From an uncultured Acidobacteriaceae bacterium (GTDB lineage: Bacteria > Acidobacteriota > Terriglobia > Bryobacterales > Bryobacteraceae): a DNA stretch of 64,000 nt. The stretch covers positions 228,404 through 292,403 of the forward strand of contig CAVYUB010000006.1 of NCBI GenBank assembly GCA_963771565.1, written 5' to 3'. A program made the position numbers and the translations under genes. The notes under the pieces were generated by a model. That model searched no databases. It worked only from the letters and a program-made list of their open reading frames with translations, and was not told where the DNA came from. Shown here piece by piece: positions 40,260-50,767 of the stretch; the first letter of the stretch is position 1; each line of letters begins with the position of its first letter.

Positions 40260-41486
40260 ATGCGAGTACCCCGTTACCGTATATTTATCTACCCGGCAGT
40301 TCTGGTCTCATCCCTTGTCCTTGCGCTTGTTCCGGCTTGGGCCCGCCAAGCGGATTCTTCTGAACACAAAGCTGATTTAGGCCGCTTGGTCGTGGTCGGC
40401 GATTCACTGGGTGCTGGGTTTCAGAATTTCTCGCTGTATGACAGTAATAGCGTCGCTCCTCCCGGAGGGCAAACGCATGGCTTCGCCGCGTTGATCGCCC
40501 ATCAGGCCAACGTCAGTTTAAATTTGCCGCTGATTAAGTATCCCGGCATTCTGCCGGTGCTCACGCTTCAACCCGACGGCGAAATCACGAGAGCCCCGGG
40601 ATACGGTGCTCGAGAATCCCCAGGTCAAACGCTGAACTTGTCTGTTCCGGGCTTCGATGTTCTTGATGTTCTGGTGCACTCCGTAAATCTTCCCACGCTC
40701 ACGCCAGACGATTTTGAGGATACGTTGGCCGTTGAGATTTTAGACCCAAGTTTATTGACCCCGAAGCCTTCTTTGGGTTGTGGAGTAAAGCCTGGCCCGA
40801 AAAAGGGCGAGGTGTTGTTTAGCACGGCGTTGTGCGCCATAGAACTTCGGCCCACGACTATTCTCGTTTCAGTCGGCAGCGGCGATGCGCTGCAGAGCCT
40901 GACTCAAGGCAGCCATCCAACTGACCCTAAGAAGTTCAGGGAGTACTATAACATTCTGCTTGATGCGTTGAGTGACTATACTCACGCCAAAATTGTTGTA
41001 TCCAACATCCCTAATGTCGCCGATGTGCCGTTTCTAGTCTCTTATCCGGAATTCGTTGCACGATGCGGTGCGCTGCCCGTTGGTGCGGGTCCAATGGACT
41101 ACGTGGTTCCGAACCTTGCTGCTCCGACATTCGACATTTGTACGAACTATGTCGTCCGTCCGGCTGCCCTGATCGCGCAGGCGGAGACCGCGGTTCACGA
41201 TTACAACGCCACCATTTCCCGTGCCGCGGCGAGGTCTGGTGCAGTTGTCGTCGATGTAAACAAGTTGTTTGCGCACATCAGTAAGCATGGATACGATGTA
41301 GCGGGACACCATCTCACAACGCAATATCTCGGCGGAATCTTTTCGCTCGACGCAGTTCATCCGACCAACACCGGATACGCGATCATCGCAAACGCATTCA
41401 TAGACAGAATGAATTGCGAACTTCACACAGATATTCCACCAGTAAACATCGAAGAAGTCGCGGAATCCGATCCTCTGATTTTTTAA
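40260..41486 (+). CDS. Secreted SGNH/GDSL hydrolase family protein
   Basis: An RBS GGAGGA precedes the ATG at 40260, and a signal peptide is present. Block I is VVVGDSLGAGF and block V is DAVHPTNTGYAIIANAF. Confidence 0.8.
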   Translation: MRVPRYRIFIYPAVLVSSLVLALVPAWARQADSSEHKADLGRLVVVGDSLGAGFQNFSLYDSNSVAPPGGQTHGFAALIAHQANVSLNLPLIKYPGILPVLTLQPDGEITRAPGYGARESPGQTLNLSVPGFDVLDVLVHSVNLPTLTPDDFEDTLAVEILDPSLLTPKPSLGCGVKPGPKKGEVLFSTALCAIELRPTTILVSVGSGDALQSLTQGSHPTDPKKFREYYNILLDALSDYTHAKIVVSNIPNVADVPFLVSYPEFVARCGALPVGAGPMDYVVPNLAAPTFDICTNYVVRPAALIAQAETAVHDYNATISRAAARSGAVVVDVNKLFAHISKHGYDVAGHHLTTQYLGGIFSLDAVHPTNTGYAIIANAFIDRMNCELHTDIPPVNIEEVAESDPLIF

Positions 41487-42043
41487 CGCTGGCTGGCTTC
41501 GCCGGCGGTAACTCGCCGGTTAAACTCTGTCGACTTGCCGCGAGGAACGCTCAACGATTTCCACTCGCTTTGCCTGAAGTGCTTAGCCAACAGCACTATT
41601 TGGCCACAATGGTAAGCGTAATGCGCGATTTGGCGATTGATGGTTTGCATGACCGAATGTGGCTCGCCTCGAATTGTGACCGTGCGTGATAGATCTGCAT
41701 CTGATAGTGGCTCGAGGGCTGTAAACACACAATTCCAGCCAGCCTCCCACATCTTCATCAAGTTTCCACGAGCTGAGGGCGGCTCTACGAACTCGCTGTC
41801 CCGATTCCGATCAGGCTTCTCACCATCGCTCGTTAGGAAATCCGTCCAACGTGATCGCATGTTGCCGGCCATATGCTTAACGGTTACGGCGATTGAGTTC
41901 ATCTCCGGATCCAAGACCGCCAGGAGTTGTTCATCCGTTACCTGCGCCATTGCGCCTTCGGCTAAGTTTTTGTAATAGCGAAACAACGAGAGTGAATCTT
42001 CGAGATACGATGTCGTGTACTTCAGTGCCATAGCACGCATCAT
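41483..42043 (-). CDS. DinB-superfamily protein (DUF1572-like)
   Basis: The pattern is FRYYKNLAEGAMAQV...VKHMAGNMRSRWTDFLTSDGEKPDRNRDSEF...QIAHYAYHCGQIVLLAK. The ORF extends to 42082; the start is uncertain and was chosen to avoid overlap with the divergent qor. Confidence 0.65.
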   Translation of the reverse strand: MMRAMALKYTTSYLEDSLSLFRYYKNLAEGAMAQVTDEQLLAVLDPEMNSIAVTVKHMAGNMRSRWTDFLTSDGEKPDRNRDSEFVEPPSARGNLMKMWEAGWNCVFTALEPLSDADLSRTVTIRGEPHSVMQTINRQIAHYAYHCGQIVLLAKHFRQSEWKSLSVPRGKSTEFNRRVTAGEASQR

Positions 42044-42057
42044 ACAATCACCTACAT

Positions 42058-43026
42058 ATGAAAGCCGTTGTTGCTGACCCACCCGGTGGTCCCGAGAACC
42101 TCAAATACATGGACCTCCCCACACCCGAGCCAGGGGAAGGCGAGGCCCTCGTCAAGATAGAAGCCATCGGCGTAAACTTCATCGACATTTACTATCGCAC
42201 TGGCTTCTATAAAGCCAACGAAAGTCCAGTGACGCTAGGCAGTGAAGCTGCCGGAACCATCGTAGCCGTAGGTAAAGGAGTGCGACTGAAAGTCGGAACG
42301 CGAGTCGCATACGCAATGGCCCGCGGTTCATACGCCGAATATGCCGTCGTCCCTCAATCAGCACTCGTGGAGTTGCCGGACAACATTAGTTTCGAAGACG
42401 CTGCCGCTGTCATGCTGCAAGGAATGACTGCGCACTATCTCACCCATTCCACTTTCGCCCTGAAGCCCGGCGATACGTGTCTGGTGCACGCTGCAGCCGG
42501 AGGTGTTGGTCTGCTCATCGTCCAGATGGCAAAAATCGCCGGCACTATCGTCATCGGCACGCTCTCGACCGAAGCCAAAGCTCAACTTGCACGCGATCAT
42601 GGCGCTGATCACCTCATTCTCTACACGCAAACGGATTTCGTTCCGGAAGTAAAGCGAATTACCAATAACAGAGGCGTAGACGTCGTCTACGATTCTGTCG
42701 GCAGCACCACGTTTCACAAGAGCCTCGATTGCTTGCGGCCGCGTGGCATGCTCGTTAGTTTCGGTCAATCGAGTGGCCCAGTCGGCCAATTCGATCCGCT
42801 AGTCTTAAGCCAAAAAGGATCGCTGTTCCTCACAAGACCCAGCTTGGTAAATTACGTGAGCAACCCTAACGAGCTGAAGTGGCGAGCATCCGACATTTTC
42901 AACTGGATCGCGGCCGGGCGCCTCAAAGTGCAAATTTACAAAATCTTCCGGTTAGGCGATGCCGCGATGGCTCATCGCGATCTTGAAAGCCGCAAGAGCA
43001 CGGGCAAGCTATTATTAAAGCCCTGA
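42058..43026 (+). CDS. qor: NADPH:quinone oxidoreductase (zeta-crystallin type MDR)
   Basis: Motifs are MKAVV...GGPENL...PGEGEALVKIEAIGVNFIDIYYRTGFY and the cofactor loop HAAAGGVG, followed by ...ESRKSTGKLLL. Confidence 0.8.
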   Translation: MKAVVADPPGGPENLKYMDLPTPEPGEGEALVKIEAIGVNFIDIYYRTGFYKANESPVTLGSEAAGTIVAVGKGVRLKVGTRVAYAMARGSYAEYAVVPQSALVELPDNISFEDAAAVMLQGMTAHYLTHSTFALKPGDTCLVHAAAGGVGLLIVQMAKIAGTIVIGTLSTEAKAQLARDHGADHLILYTQTDFVPEVKRITNNRGVDVVYDSVGSTTFHKSLDCLRPRGMLVSFGQSSGPVGQFDPLVLSQKGSLFLTRPSLVNYVSNPNELKWRASDIFNWIAAGRLKVQIYKIFRLGDAAMAHRDLESRKSTGKLLLKP

Positions 43027-43034
43027 GGATCGGA

Positions 43035-44117
43035 TTGGAAGACCAAGCCGAATTCTCTCTCCGCCGTGACCATCTGTTTCACCTAGTGCAAGAAGCCCGT
43101 GCGGGCGCGATGGTCATCACTGCGCTCCCCAACGTGCGATACCTGAGTGGCTTCACCGGCAGCAATGCCGCGCTACTCGTTACAGGTGATCGCACCGTCC
43201 TATTTACTGACCCTCGATATCAAATCCAGGCTTCCTCGGAATCCGCTTGCGAGGTGAAGATCGCCAAGGGCCCACTCACAAAAGAGCTGCTGAAATGGGC
43301 TAGGCGGTCGCGCGTCAAATCGCTCGCTTTCGAGCAAAACCGGATTAGCTTTGAGGCTTTTCAAGAGCTGAAGAAGGGTGCTGAGGGGATTCGCCTGAAG
43401 CCGCTCTCGGGAGTTGTAGAAAAGCTTCGCATGGTCAAGTCCGCAGCCGAGATCGCAGCTATAAAGCATTCCGTAGAACTGAACTCGGCGGCTCTCGAAC
43501 AGGCACTGCGGCATTTCAGGCACTCAATGACGGAGCTGGACTTGGCAGCAGAAATCGGATACCGCATGCGCCGCCTGGGCGCTGACCGCGAGGCATTTGA
43601 GACAATCGTCGCGTCGGGCGAGCGCAGCGCTCTGCCTCACGCCCATCCCACCAACCAGCCAATCCAGCCGGATCAACTACTATTAATTGATATGGGTGCG
43701 ACCGTCGCTGGTTACGCCAGCGACATGACCCGTACCCATGCTGTCGGCAAACTCACGGCGAAAGCTCGGCGAATGTATGGGTCCGTGCTCGAGAGCCAGC
43801 TTGCGGCCATCGATGCCGTGAAGCCAGGAGTCTCTTGCACTACCGTGGATCGGGCCGCTCGCAACGTATTGCGTGCCCATGGCTTGGATAAGCTGTTCAT
43901 ACATTCCACAGGACACGGACTCGGTCTTGAAATACATGAAGCTCCACGGCTGGGCCGGAAGGAAAGAACGAAGCTAGAAGCTGGAATGGCTATCACGATT
44001 GAGCCTGGCGTTTACGCCCAGGGGGGTGGGGGCGTTCGCATCGAAGACACGGTTGTTGTAACGTCTCGTGGCTGCGAGGTTCTAACTCCTACAGGAAAAG
44101 AACTGGTCGTATTATAG
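43035..44117 (+). CDS. M24 family Xaa-Pro aminopeptidase
   Basis: A creatinase-like N-domain is followed by the pita-bread metal ligands (LIDMGA, YASDMTRT, HSTGHGLGLEIHE, ITIEPG, VRIED). Confidence 0.8.
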   Translation: MEDQAEFSLRRDHLFHLVQEARAGAMVITALPNVRYLSGFTGSNAALLVTGDRTVLFTDPRYQIQASSESACEVKIAKGPLTKELLKWARRSRVKSLAFEQNRISFEAFQELKKGAEGIRLKPLSGVVEKLRMVKSAAEIAAIKHSVELNSAALEQALRHFRHSMTELDLAAEIGYRMRRLGADREAFETIVASGERSALPHAHPTNQPIQPDQLLLIDMGATVAGYASDMTRTHAVGKLTAKARRMYGSVLESQLAAIDAVKPGVSCTTVDRAARNVLRAHGLDKLFIHSTGHGLGLEIHEAPRLGRKERTKLEAGMAITIEPGVYAQGGGGVRIEDTVVVTSRGCEVLTPTGKELVVL

Positions 44118-44151
44118 ACGTGGCTTGGTTTCGCTGTGGGAAGAACAAATA

Positions 44152-44655
44152 ATGACCATCGACGAGATTAAAGAGCTGATTCATGTGGTACGCGAAACCG
44201 GGATTTTTGAGCTGGAAGTGCAACGCGGTGATGATAAGGTCCGTATCCGTACTAGCTCGGCGCCAGCGAATCAGGAACTCGTGCTGCCTACCGCGCTGCC
44301 TTTCCCTGTCGGAGTGCCGGCCCCGAACGCAGTACCCATATCGAACCCCGCACCGACGCCGCGTGAGTCTCCGGCGAGTGCCGCTCCCCCGCCTCCTCCT
44401 GAAGAAGACGACCGGAACTTTATTGTGAAATCACCGATTGTTGGAACGTACTATGATACTCCCGGGCCCGGCACTCCACCATTTGTTAAAGTTGGCGATC
44501 ATGTTGAACTTCGGCAGGTGCTTTGCATTATCGAATCCATGAAACTGATGAATGAGATTGAAGCAGAAGTCGCCGGCACGGTTGTCGCGAAGCTTGTCGA
44601 GAACGGGCGGCCGGTGGAGTATGGAGAAGCGCTGTTCGCTATTCGTCCAGCATAA
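44152..44655 (+). CDS. accB: Acetyl-CoA carboxylase biotin carboxyl carrier protein
   Basis: The ATG at 44152 is preceded by GGGAAG. A Pro/Ala linker is followed by the biotinyl domain with [15 protein letters not shown]. Confidence 0.85.
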   Translation: MTIDEIKELIHVVRETGIFELEVQRGDDKVRIRTSSAPANQELVLPTALPFPVGVPAPNAVPISNPAPTPRESPASAAPPPPPEEDDRNFIVKSPIVGTYYDTPGPGTPPFVKVGDHVELRQVLCIIESMKLMNEIEAEVAGTVVAKLVENGRPVEYGEALFAIRPA

Positions 44656-46073
44656 TGACGAACCCACTCATGTTTCGCAAAATTTTGATCGCAAATCGAG
44701 GTGAGATCGCGCTGAGAGTCATTTGCGCGTGTCAGGAGCTCGGCATCAAAACCGTTGCCGTTTACTCAGAAGCGGACCGCCACAGCCTACATGTTCGATT
44801 TGCCGACGAAGCCATCTGTATCGGCCCGGCTAAGAGCTCGCGCAGTTACCTCGATATACCATCCGTCATTAGTGCCGCGGAAATCACAAATGTAGACGCC
44901 GTGCATCCCGGATACGGGTTCCTGAGCGAGAACGCTGATTTCGCCGAGGTGTGCGAGCTCTCTGGAATCAAGTTCATCGGGCCACGTCCTGAAATCATCC
45001 GGCAGATGGGGTCCAAGCAGCGTGCCCGAACAATCATGGAGCAGGCGGGCGTTCCGATTCTCCTTGGCTCGCGTGGTGTATTGAATAGTTCCGACGAAGC
45101 CTTGGCCTTGGCGGACGAGATCGGCTACCCCGTAATGTTGAAGGCTGCCGCAGGAGGTGGCGGCAGGGGCATGCGGATTGTGCGCTCTGAAGTGGAGCTT
45201 CCCGCCCTACTGACGCAGGCTCAAGGCGAGGCCGCGGCAGCTTTTTCTTGCGGCGATGTCTACCTCGAGAAGCTGATTGAGACACCGCGTCACATCGAGT
45301 TTCAGGTGCTTGCTGATGAGCATGGAAACGTGGAGATTCTCGGCGAACGTGAATGCACCATCCAGCGGCGTCACCAGAAGCTGCTCGAAGAATCTCCTTC
45401 GCCACGCGTTTCGGCGCAGCTTCGCACGAGTATGTCCGAGCGCCTCCGGGTGGCAATGAAAGCCATTGGCTACACGAACGCAGGCACGGTCGAGTTCCTG
45501 ATGGATGAACAGGGCAACCTCTCCTTCATCGAGGTGAATGCACGCATCCAGGTGGAGCATCCTGTCACGGAATTCGTGACTGGCATAGATCTCGTAAAAA
45601 GCCAGATCCGAATTGCAGCCGGGAAGCTCCTCGATGAAGTTATCGCCCGGCCGATCTCGCTTTCGGGTCATGCGATCGAATGTCGAATCAATGCCGAGAA
45701 TCCCGAAACATTTGCGCCCTCACCGGGCCGCATCACTGGGTTGAATCTGCCCGGGGGCATTGGCGTACGCGTGGATACCGCAGCTTATACAGATAGCGTT
45801 ATCCCGCCCTATTACGATTCGCTAGTAGCCAAGCTCATCACGCACGGTAAAGATCGCTGCGAGGCGATCGCGAGAATGAAGCGCGCGCTCGATATGTTCG
45901 TGATAGAGGGCGTACAAACCACAATACCGCTCCACGAGCAGATCTTGTCGGACCCGGACTTTGTTGCCGGACGGTTCGATACCACGTTCTTGACGAAACT
46001 GAATCACAATCACACGGATTACTCCGAGCAGCTCGAACTCTCCCGGGCCGTTACCTCGCTCAGCCACGATTAG
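44655..46073 (+). CDS. accC: Acetyl-CoA carboxylase biotin carboxylase subunit
   Basis: Motifs are [24 protein letters not shown], the ATP-grasp [14 protein letters not shown], and [14 protein letters not shown]. An alternative start lies at 44670. Confidence 0.9.
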   Translation: MTNPLMFRKILIANRGEIALRVICACQELGIKTVAVYSEADRHSLHVRFADEAICIGPAKSSRSYLDIPSVISAAEITNVDAVHPGYGFLSENADFAEVCELSGIKFIGPRPEIIRQMGSKQRARTIMEQAGVPILLGSRGVLNSSDEALALADEIGYPVMLKAAAGGGGRGMRIVRSEVELPALLTQAQGEAAAAFSCGDVYLEKLIETPRHIEFQVLADEHGNVEILGERECTIQRRHQKLLEESPSPRVSAQLRTSMSERLRVAMKAIGYTNAGTVEFLMDEQGNLSFIEVNARIQVEHPVTEFVTGIDLVKSQIRIAAGKLLDEVIARPISLSGHAIECRINAENPETFAPSPGRITGLNLPGGIGVRVDTAAYTDSVIPPYYDSLVAKLITHGKDRCEAIARMKRALDMFVIEGVQTTIPLHEQILSDPDFVAGRFDTTFLTKLNHNHTDYSEQLELSRAVTSLSHD

Positions 46074-46142
46074 GGAGCATCTAATCGGGCTGGCCGTGTT
46101 CCTGATATCGTTCATCGATTACCACTGAGGAAAGAAACGGAT

Positions 46143-46465
46143 ATGAGTATTAAGCGGTCGGACAGCGGATGGAACATCGAACGCGTGACCATCCATCCCG
46201 GCGAAATTCTGCGAGAAGAGTTCATGCAGCCGCTCGGTCTATCGGCGAATAAGCTCGCGCTTGAACTGCACGTGCCTGTGACGCGCGTACACGAAATCGC
46301 GAAGCAACGTCGCGCAATCAGCGCCGACACCGCATTGCGCCTAGCTTCGGAACGACAGCTGAATTTTGGCTGAACCTTCAAAGGAATTACGAGCTCACTC
46401 TCGCAAAGCTTGAAACCAGTAAAAACATTGAGAGAGAGGTGCACCCACGTACCGAGCCCGCATGA
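46143..46465 (+). pseudogene. higA: HigA-family antitoxin (HTH), one frame break, no adjacent toxin gene
   Basis: The N-terminal part is IHPGEILREEFMQPLGLSANKLALELHVPVTRVHEIAKQRRAISADTALRLA. After a slip near 46355 it continues EFWLNLQRNYELTLAK in another frame and stops at 46463-46465. Confidence 0.7.
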
Positions 46466-46526
46466 AGCGACTCGGGCAATGAGTCTTTGAACGCCGTCCT
46501 TTTTCGATGCGTCGGGGAACGCGGTC

Positions 46527-47304
46527 CTAAGGATTACTCTGCGCTCGTCGACGCCGCGTCAACCACCACCGTTTGACATCGGGCCAAAACTCTTTCAGTA
46601 CTTGCGACGTCGCGTCGGTAGCCAACTGAATACCCCAGTTCTGCATGTAGTCGTGAACATCCCGATTATCGGAGTAGTACGACAGCCCAATACCCGCGGC
46701 CATTCCGTTGCCAATCACTTCGGCGTAGTTGAAAGTCGTTTTGCCCGCTATCCGTGTGCGTCACGAAAATGCGCGTCAGGGCATATACCGTGCGGCTCTT
46801 TTTCGTGCCTTCGGCCATCCGGAAATAACGCGGATCTTCATGGAACAGTACGGGTAGGAATCCTTCGGTCAGATAGTTTCCGATCACCTGATCCGCATAC
46901 GAGGTGCCCAAGCGGCGAGAATATCCCGCCAGACCTTGACCAAACTGAGGGTGAGAGTCTTCGAGCTGATACAGCCCGGCATACGCCGCCGCGAGTAGAA
47001 ACAGTGGATAATCGAACGAGTCCTTTGTCGCAATCTTAAGTTTCCGCGAGGCCGAGATTGGCTGGTATTCCGCACTCTTTTCGGCAGTTCGATAGTTCGG
47101 CAACACGCCGAAAATTCGTTTGTCTTCTCCTTCGGCCGTTTTACCCGGCGCCTTCACGCCAGGTTCCTCACGCGGTGGCAACTGACCTGGTTGCGCAGGT
47201 TGCGCGGGAGGTGTCTGGGTAGGCGATTGCTGAGCCTCCTGGCCTCGCGCGAGCATTGCCGTAATGCGATCGCGATCAGAGAATAATTCAGATAACGGGC
47301 ACAT
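46527..47304 (-). pseudogene. Conserved-looking hypothetical protein, one frame break
   Basis: Fragments 46666..47304 and 46527..46718 join as ...FVTHTDSG-x-FNYAEVIGNGMAAGIGLSYY.... The slip is near 46735. I recognise no family. Confidence 0.4.
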
Positions 47305-47469
47305 CTGGTTATGTGCTTGCCGAAGCTCACGGGTTTATGCTAGGGTGTCACAAATTCTTCAAAAATCAGAGCAACTCGTGCTGTCTGGGACGATAAGTTA
47401 AGAGCTATGCATCCAGATTAAAAACCTGGAACAGAGATTGCACGCCACGAATCAAACCAACGATACCGT

Positions 47470-47814
47470 ATGGTAGAACTCATAAGCGAAAAAGCAGACA
47501 TCGCAACGGAAGCGTCGGCCCCTGCCATGCAACCGAAGCGCGTTCTTAGCTCGTCACGTTTCAAGTATTACATCCATGATGGCATTGAGGCGTGCCGTTT
47601 CCAGCTGATCGGAGAGCTAACCGAGTCTGAGGTAGCGGAGCTTAGCGGCTGTTGGCGTACGGCGAAGACAATGCTCGGGAAACGCAAACTCATACTCGAT
47701 CTGCGAGGCCTTAAGACTCTTGACGAAGCTGGAAGCGAATGGGTTACTTCTATGGCCAGCGAAGGCGCCGATATGCGTGCCGGAATCGCTTTTCCCAAAG
47801 GGCGTATTCGGTAG
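47470..47814 (+). CDS. STAS-domain-like protein (anti-sigma antagonist fold), C-terminus uncertain
   Basis: The pattern is ACRFQLIGELTESEVAELSGCWRTAKTMLGKRKLILDLRGLKTLDEAGSEWV. A frame change near 47770 may extend it to 47914. Confidence 0.4.
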   Translation: MVELISEKADIATEASAPAMQPKRVLSSSRFKYYIHDGIEACRFQLIGELTESEVAELSGCWRTAKTMLGKRKLILDLRGLKTLDEAGSEWVTSMASEGADMRAGIAFPKGRIR

Positions 47815-47919
47815 CGTCGCGCTCAACGCCGCGCCTCCAGAGCATGCGGGGAAACCAGGCCGGGTCGGCCAGGCTACTCGCGATTTTTCGCGGGCTCCGG
47901 GTGCCTCCCGCTGAATCCT

Positions 47920-49034
47920 CTACACAAGCACAGTAAACGCAGATTCCGTTCGCGTAACCGGCCGGTATGCCGTGTCGCGCTCCACCGGCTCTCGCCCGGC
48001 TTCGCGAATCAATCGCAGCAGGTCTTGCCGCCGCAGATGTTGCGCCGTGGTCGCGCCCGCATCGTGGTAAATCTTCTCTTCGACAACCGTGCCGTCGATA
48101 TCGTTCGCTCCAAAGCGCTGCGCAATTTGCGCCACACTCGGCGTCATCATGATCCAGTACGCCTTGATATGCGGAATGTTGTCCAGCATCAACCGCGAAA
48201 TCGCGATTTGCTTCAGATCGTCGAATCCGGTCGTCTTCGGCAGATGACTCAGCGCCGTGTTGTCGGGATGAAATGCCAGCGGAATGAACGTCACAAAGCC
48301 GTTTGTCTCGTCCTGCAACGCTCGTAAGCGCACCAGGTGATCGGCGCGGTCTTCGGCGGTCTCCAGATGGCCATAAAGCATCGTGCAGTTGCTCTTCAGG
48401 CCGATCTCGATGCGCGGTGCGCGCCGTCTCGAGCCATTCATCGCCATCGATCTTGTGATCGCAAATGATCCGGCGCACGCGCTCTGAAAAAATCTCCGCG
48501 CCGCCGCCCGGCATCGAATCCATCCCCGCCGCCTTCAGCCGCTCGAGCGTTTCACGAATCGAAATCTTCGCGCGTTTCGCCAGATAAGCGATCTCAACCA
48601 TCGTGAACGCCTTCAAGTGCACGCCGGGATAGCGCTCCTTCAGTCCCGAGATCATTTCGCAAAACCAATCGAGCGTAAGCTCCGGATGCAATCCGCCGAC
48701 AATGTGAAACTCCGTTACCGCTTCGGCATAACCCTTCCCGCAACCTCCCACACTTGTTCCAGCGACATTGTGTAGCTGTGGGGATCTTTCGCCTTCTTGC
48801 CGAACGCGCACAAGCCGGCAGCTCGCGACGCACACGTCCGTCGGATTGATGTGCCGGTTGACGTTGAAGTAAGTGATGTCGCCATGCAGGCGCTCTCGCA
48901 CGAGGTTTGCCATGTACCCGAGCGACAGAATGTCGTGGCTGCGGAACATCGCGACGCCGTCTTCAAAGCTCAGGCGCTCGCCCGCCTTCACTTTTTCGTA
49001 AATGGGTTTCAGGCGGCGGTCTTCAATCGAAGAG
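47920..49034 (-). pseudogene. Futalosine-pathway radical SAM enzyme (MqnE/MqnC family), several frame breaks
   Basis: Joined fragments give KVKAGERLSFEDGVAMF and NVNRHINPTDVCVASCRLCAFGKK (CxxxCxxC). Further pieces are ...HIVGGLHPELTLDWF... and ...TMLYGHLETAEDRADHLVRLRALQDETNGF. The end is ...IDGTVVEEKIYHDAGA. I cannot separate MqnE from MqnC by eye. Confidence 0.7.
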
Positions 49035-49939
49035 TTGCATTGCTTATAAGTATGTGCGATGAAGCAAGAATGTCAGCCGCCCAAAACGCGAAAAAGAGCA
49101 GGCTGACATAGCCGTTCACAGTAAAGAACGCGGCATTCACACGAGACAGATCGTGCGGCTTCACAAGTCCATGTTCATAGACCAACAGCGCCACAACAGC
49201 CGCGACTCCCAGCAGGCTCAAAGCTCCAAGATGAAACGAAAACACCAGCGCCAGCAGGCAGGCGATCATCGCCGCATGTAAAACACGTGCGATGCAGCAA
49301 CGCGCCGCCTACGCCGAAACGCCTCGGGATGCTGCATAAGCCCTCCGCGCAATCGAACTCGAAATCCTGACACGCATAGATCACATCAAAGCCGGCGGTC
49401 CAAAACATCACTGCTGCTGTCAGCCAAAGAATGCGGGGATCGAGCGTCCCGCGCATCGCAATCCACGCTGCCGCTGGAGCAATGCCCAGACAAAAGCCCA
49501 GAATCATATGCGACAACAGCGTGAAGCGTTTCGAAAAGGAATAGAAGAAGAGAATCGCCAGCGCTACCGGCGCGAGGAAAAACACAAAGGACCCGAGCTC
49601 GCGCGCCGCCCACAAAAAGACCAGCGATGAAGCGAACGTGAAGCCCCAGGCAAAGCCAGTGGAGAGAAGCCCGGCAGGCAAGTGGCGGTTCGCCGTGCGC
49701 CGGTTACGTGCCATCAATTTCCGCATCGAGAATGCGGTTAAATGCCATGGCGGCCGAGCGCGCCCCAACCATCGCAACAACAATCCACGCGAAGCGCGAG
49801 CGCGAGAGCCGGAATCATGAAATCCGCTGTCCCGCCACGCCAGAAGCGCTCCCGTCAAGAGCAAAGGGCAGCGCAAACACGAGTGCTCGAACTTGATCAT
49901 GTCGAGCGTAAGGCGCAGACGTGTCCAGAAGCGGGGCAT
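49009..49939 (-). pseudogene. UbiA-family aromatic prenyltransferase (MqnP-like), several frame breaks
   Basis: The start is MPRFWTRLRLTLDMIKFEHS. Hydrophobic helices follow, then the second Asp-rich motif region FDVIYACQDFEFD...GLCSIPRRFG. At least three frames are used and the 3' end is uncertain. Confidence 0.65.
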
Positions 49940-49973
49940 GCCGAGGACGCTACCATCTTAGCGAGACAGACGT

Positions 49974-50724
49974 ATGGACGCCCAGCAACTTCAGCAGCTC
50001 CTCGAACAGGTCCGCGACGGGGATACGACCGTGGATGCCGCTATCGACAGTCTGCGCCATCTGCCCTTCGAAGATCTGGGGTTCGCGAAGGTCGATCACC
50101 ACCGCGCCATGCGCCACGGCATGCCCGAAGTCATTCTCGGTCAGGGGAAGAACCCGGATCAAGTGGCTGGCAATCGCCGCCGCGCTGCTGGCCCGATCGC
50201 AGAACCTTTTGTTGACCAGAGCCACACCCGAAATGGCGGCGCGTGTCGCGGCGCTCGCCCCGGAAACAGAGTATTTTCCAGGCCTCGGGTGTCGTACGCG
50301 TCTGGCGTGATCGGCGAATACACGGCAAAGGCAAGATTGCCGCCGTCTGTGCGGGCACAAGCGATATTCCCGTGCTCGAGGAGGCGCAGTTGACGGCCGA
50401 GGTCATGGGCAACCACGTCGAGTGCGATCTGCGACGTGGGCGTCGCCGGCATTCACCGGCTCCTGCAGCAACACGAGCGCTTAGCGCAGGCTCGCGTGGC
50501 AATCGTCTGCGCCGGTATGGAGGGTGCCCTCCCCAGCGTGGTGGGCGGGCATGGTGTCCTGTCCCGTAATCGCGGTTCCGACCAGCGTCGGCTATGGCGC
50601 GAGCTTCCATGGTCTGGCCGCGCTGCTCGGCATGCTCAACAGTTGCGCCAGCAATGTTACCGTTGTGAACATCGATAACGGGTTCGGAGCCGGTTACGTG
50701 GCCAGCCTCATTAACCGTCTCTAG
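49974..50724 (+). pseudogene. larB: LarB-type (PurE-like) carboxylase/hydrolase, several frame breaks
   Basis: The N-terminal part is [45 protein letters not shown]. Later frames give [73 protein letters not shown] and [11 protein letters not shown]. Confidence 0.65.
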
Positions 50725-50732
50725 ACCATTTT

Positions 50733-50762
50733 GAAAAAACGAACCCATTTGGGTTCGTTTGG
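50733..50762. terminator. Bidirectional intrinsic terminator between convergent larB and the aminotransferase gene
   Basis: The sequence is GAAAAAACGAACCC-ATTT-GGGTTCGTTTGG. It has a perfect 8-bp stem ACGAACCC/GGGTTCGT with an A-run upstream and a T-rich stretch downstream. Confidence 0.7.
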
Positions 50763-50767
50763 TAATT

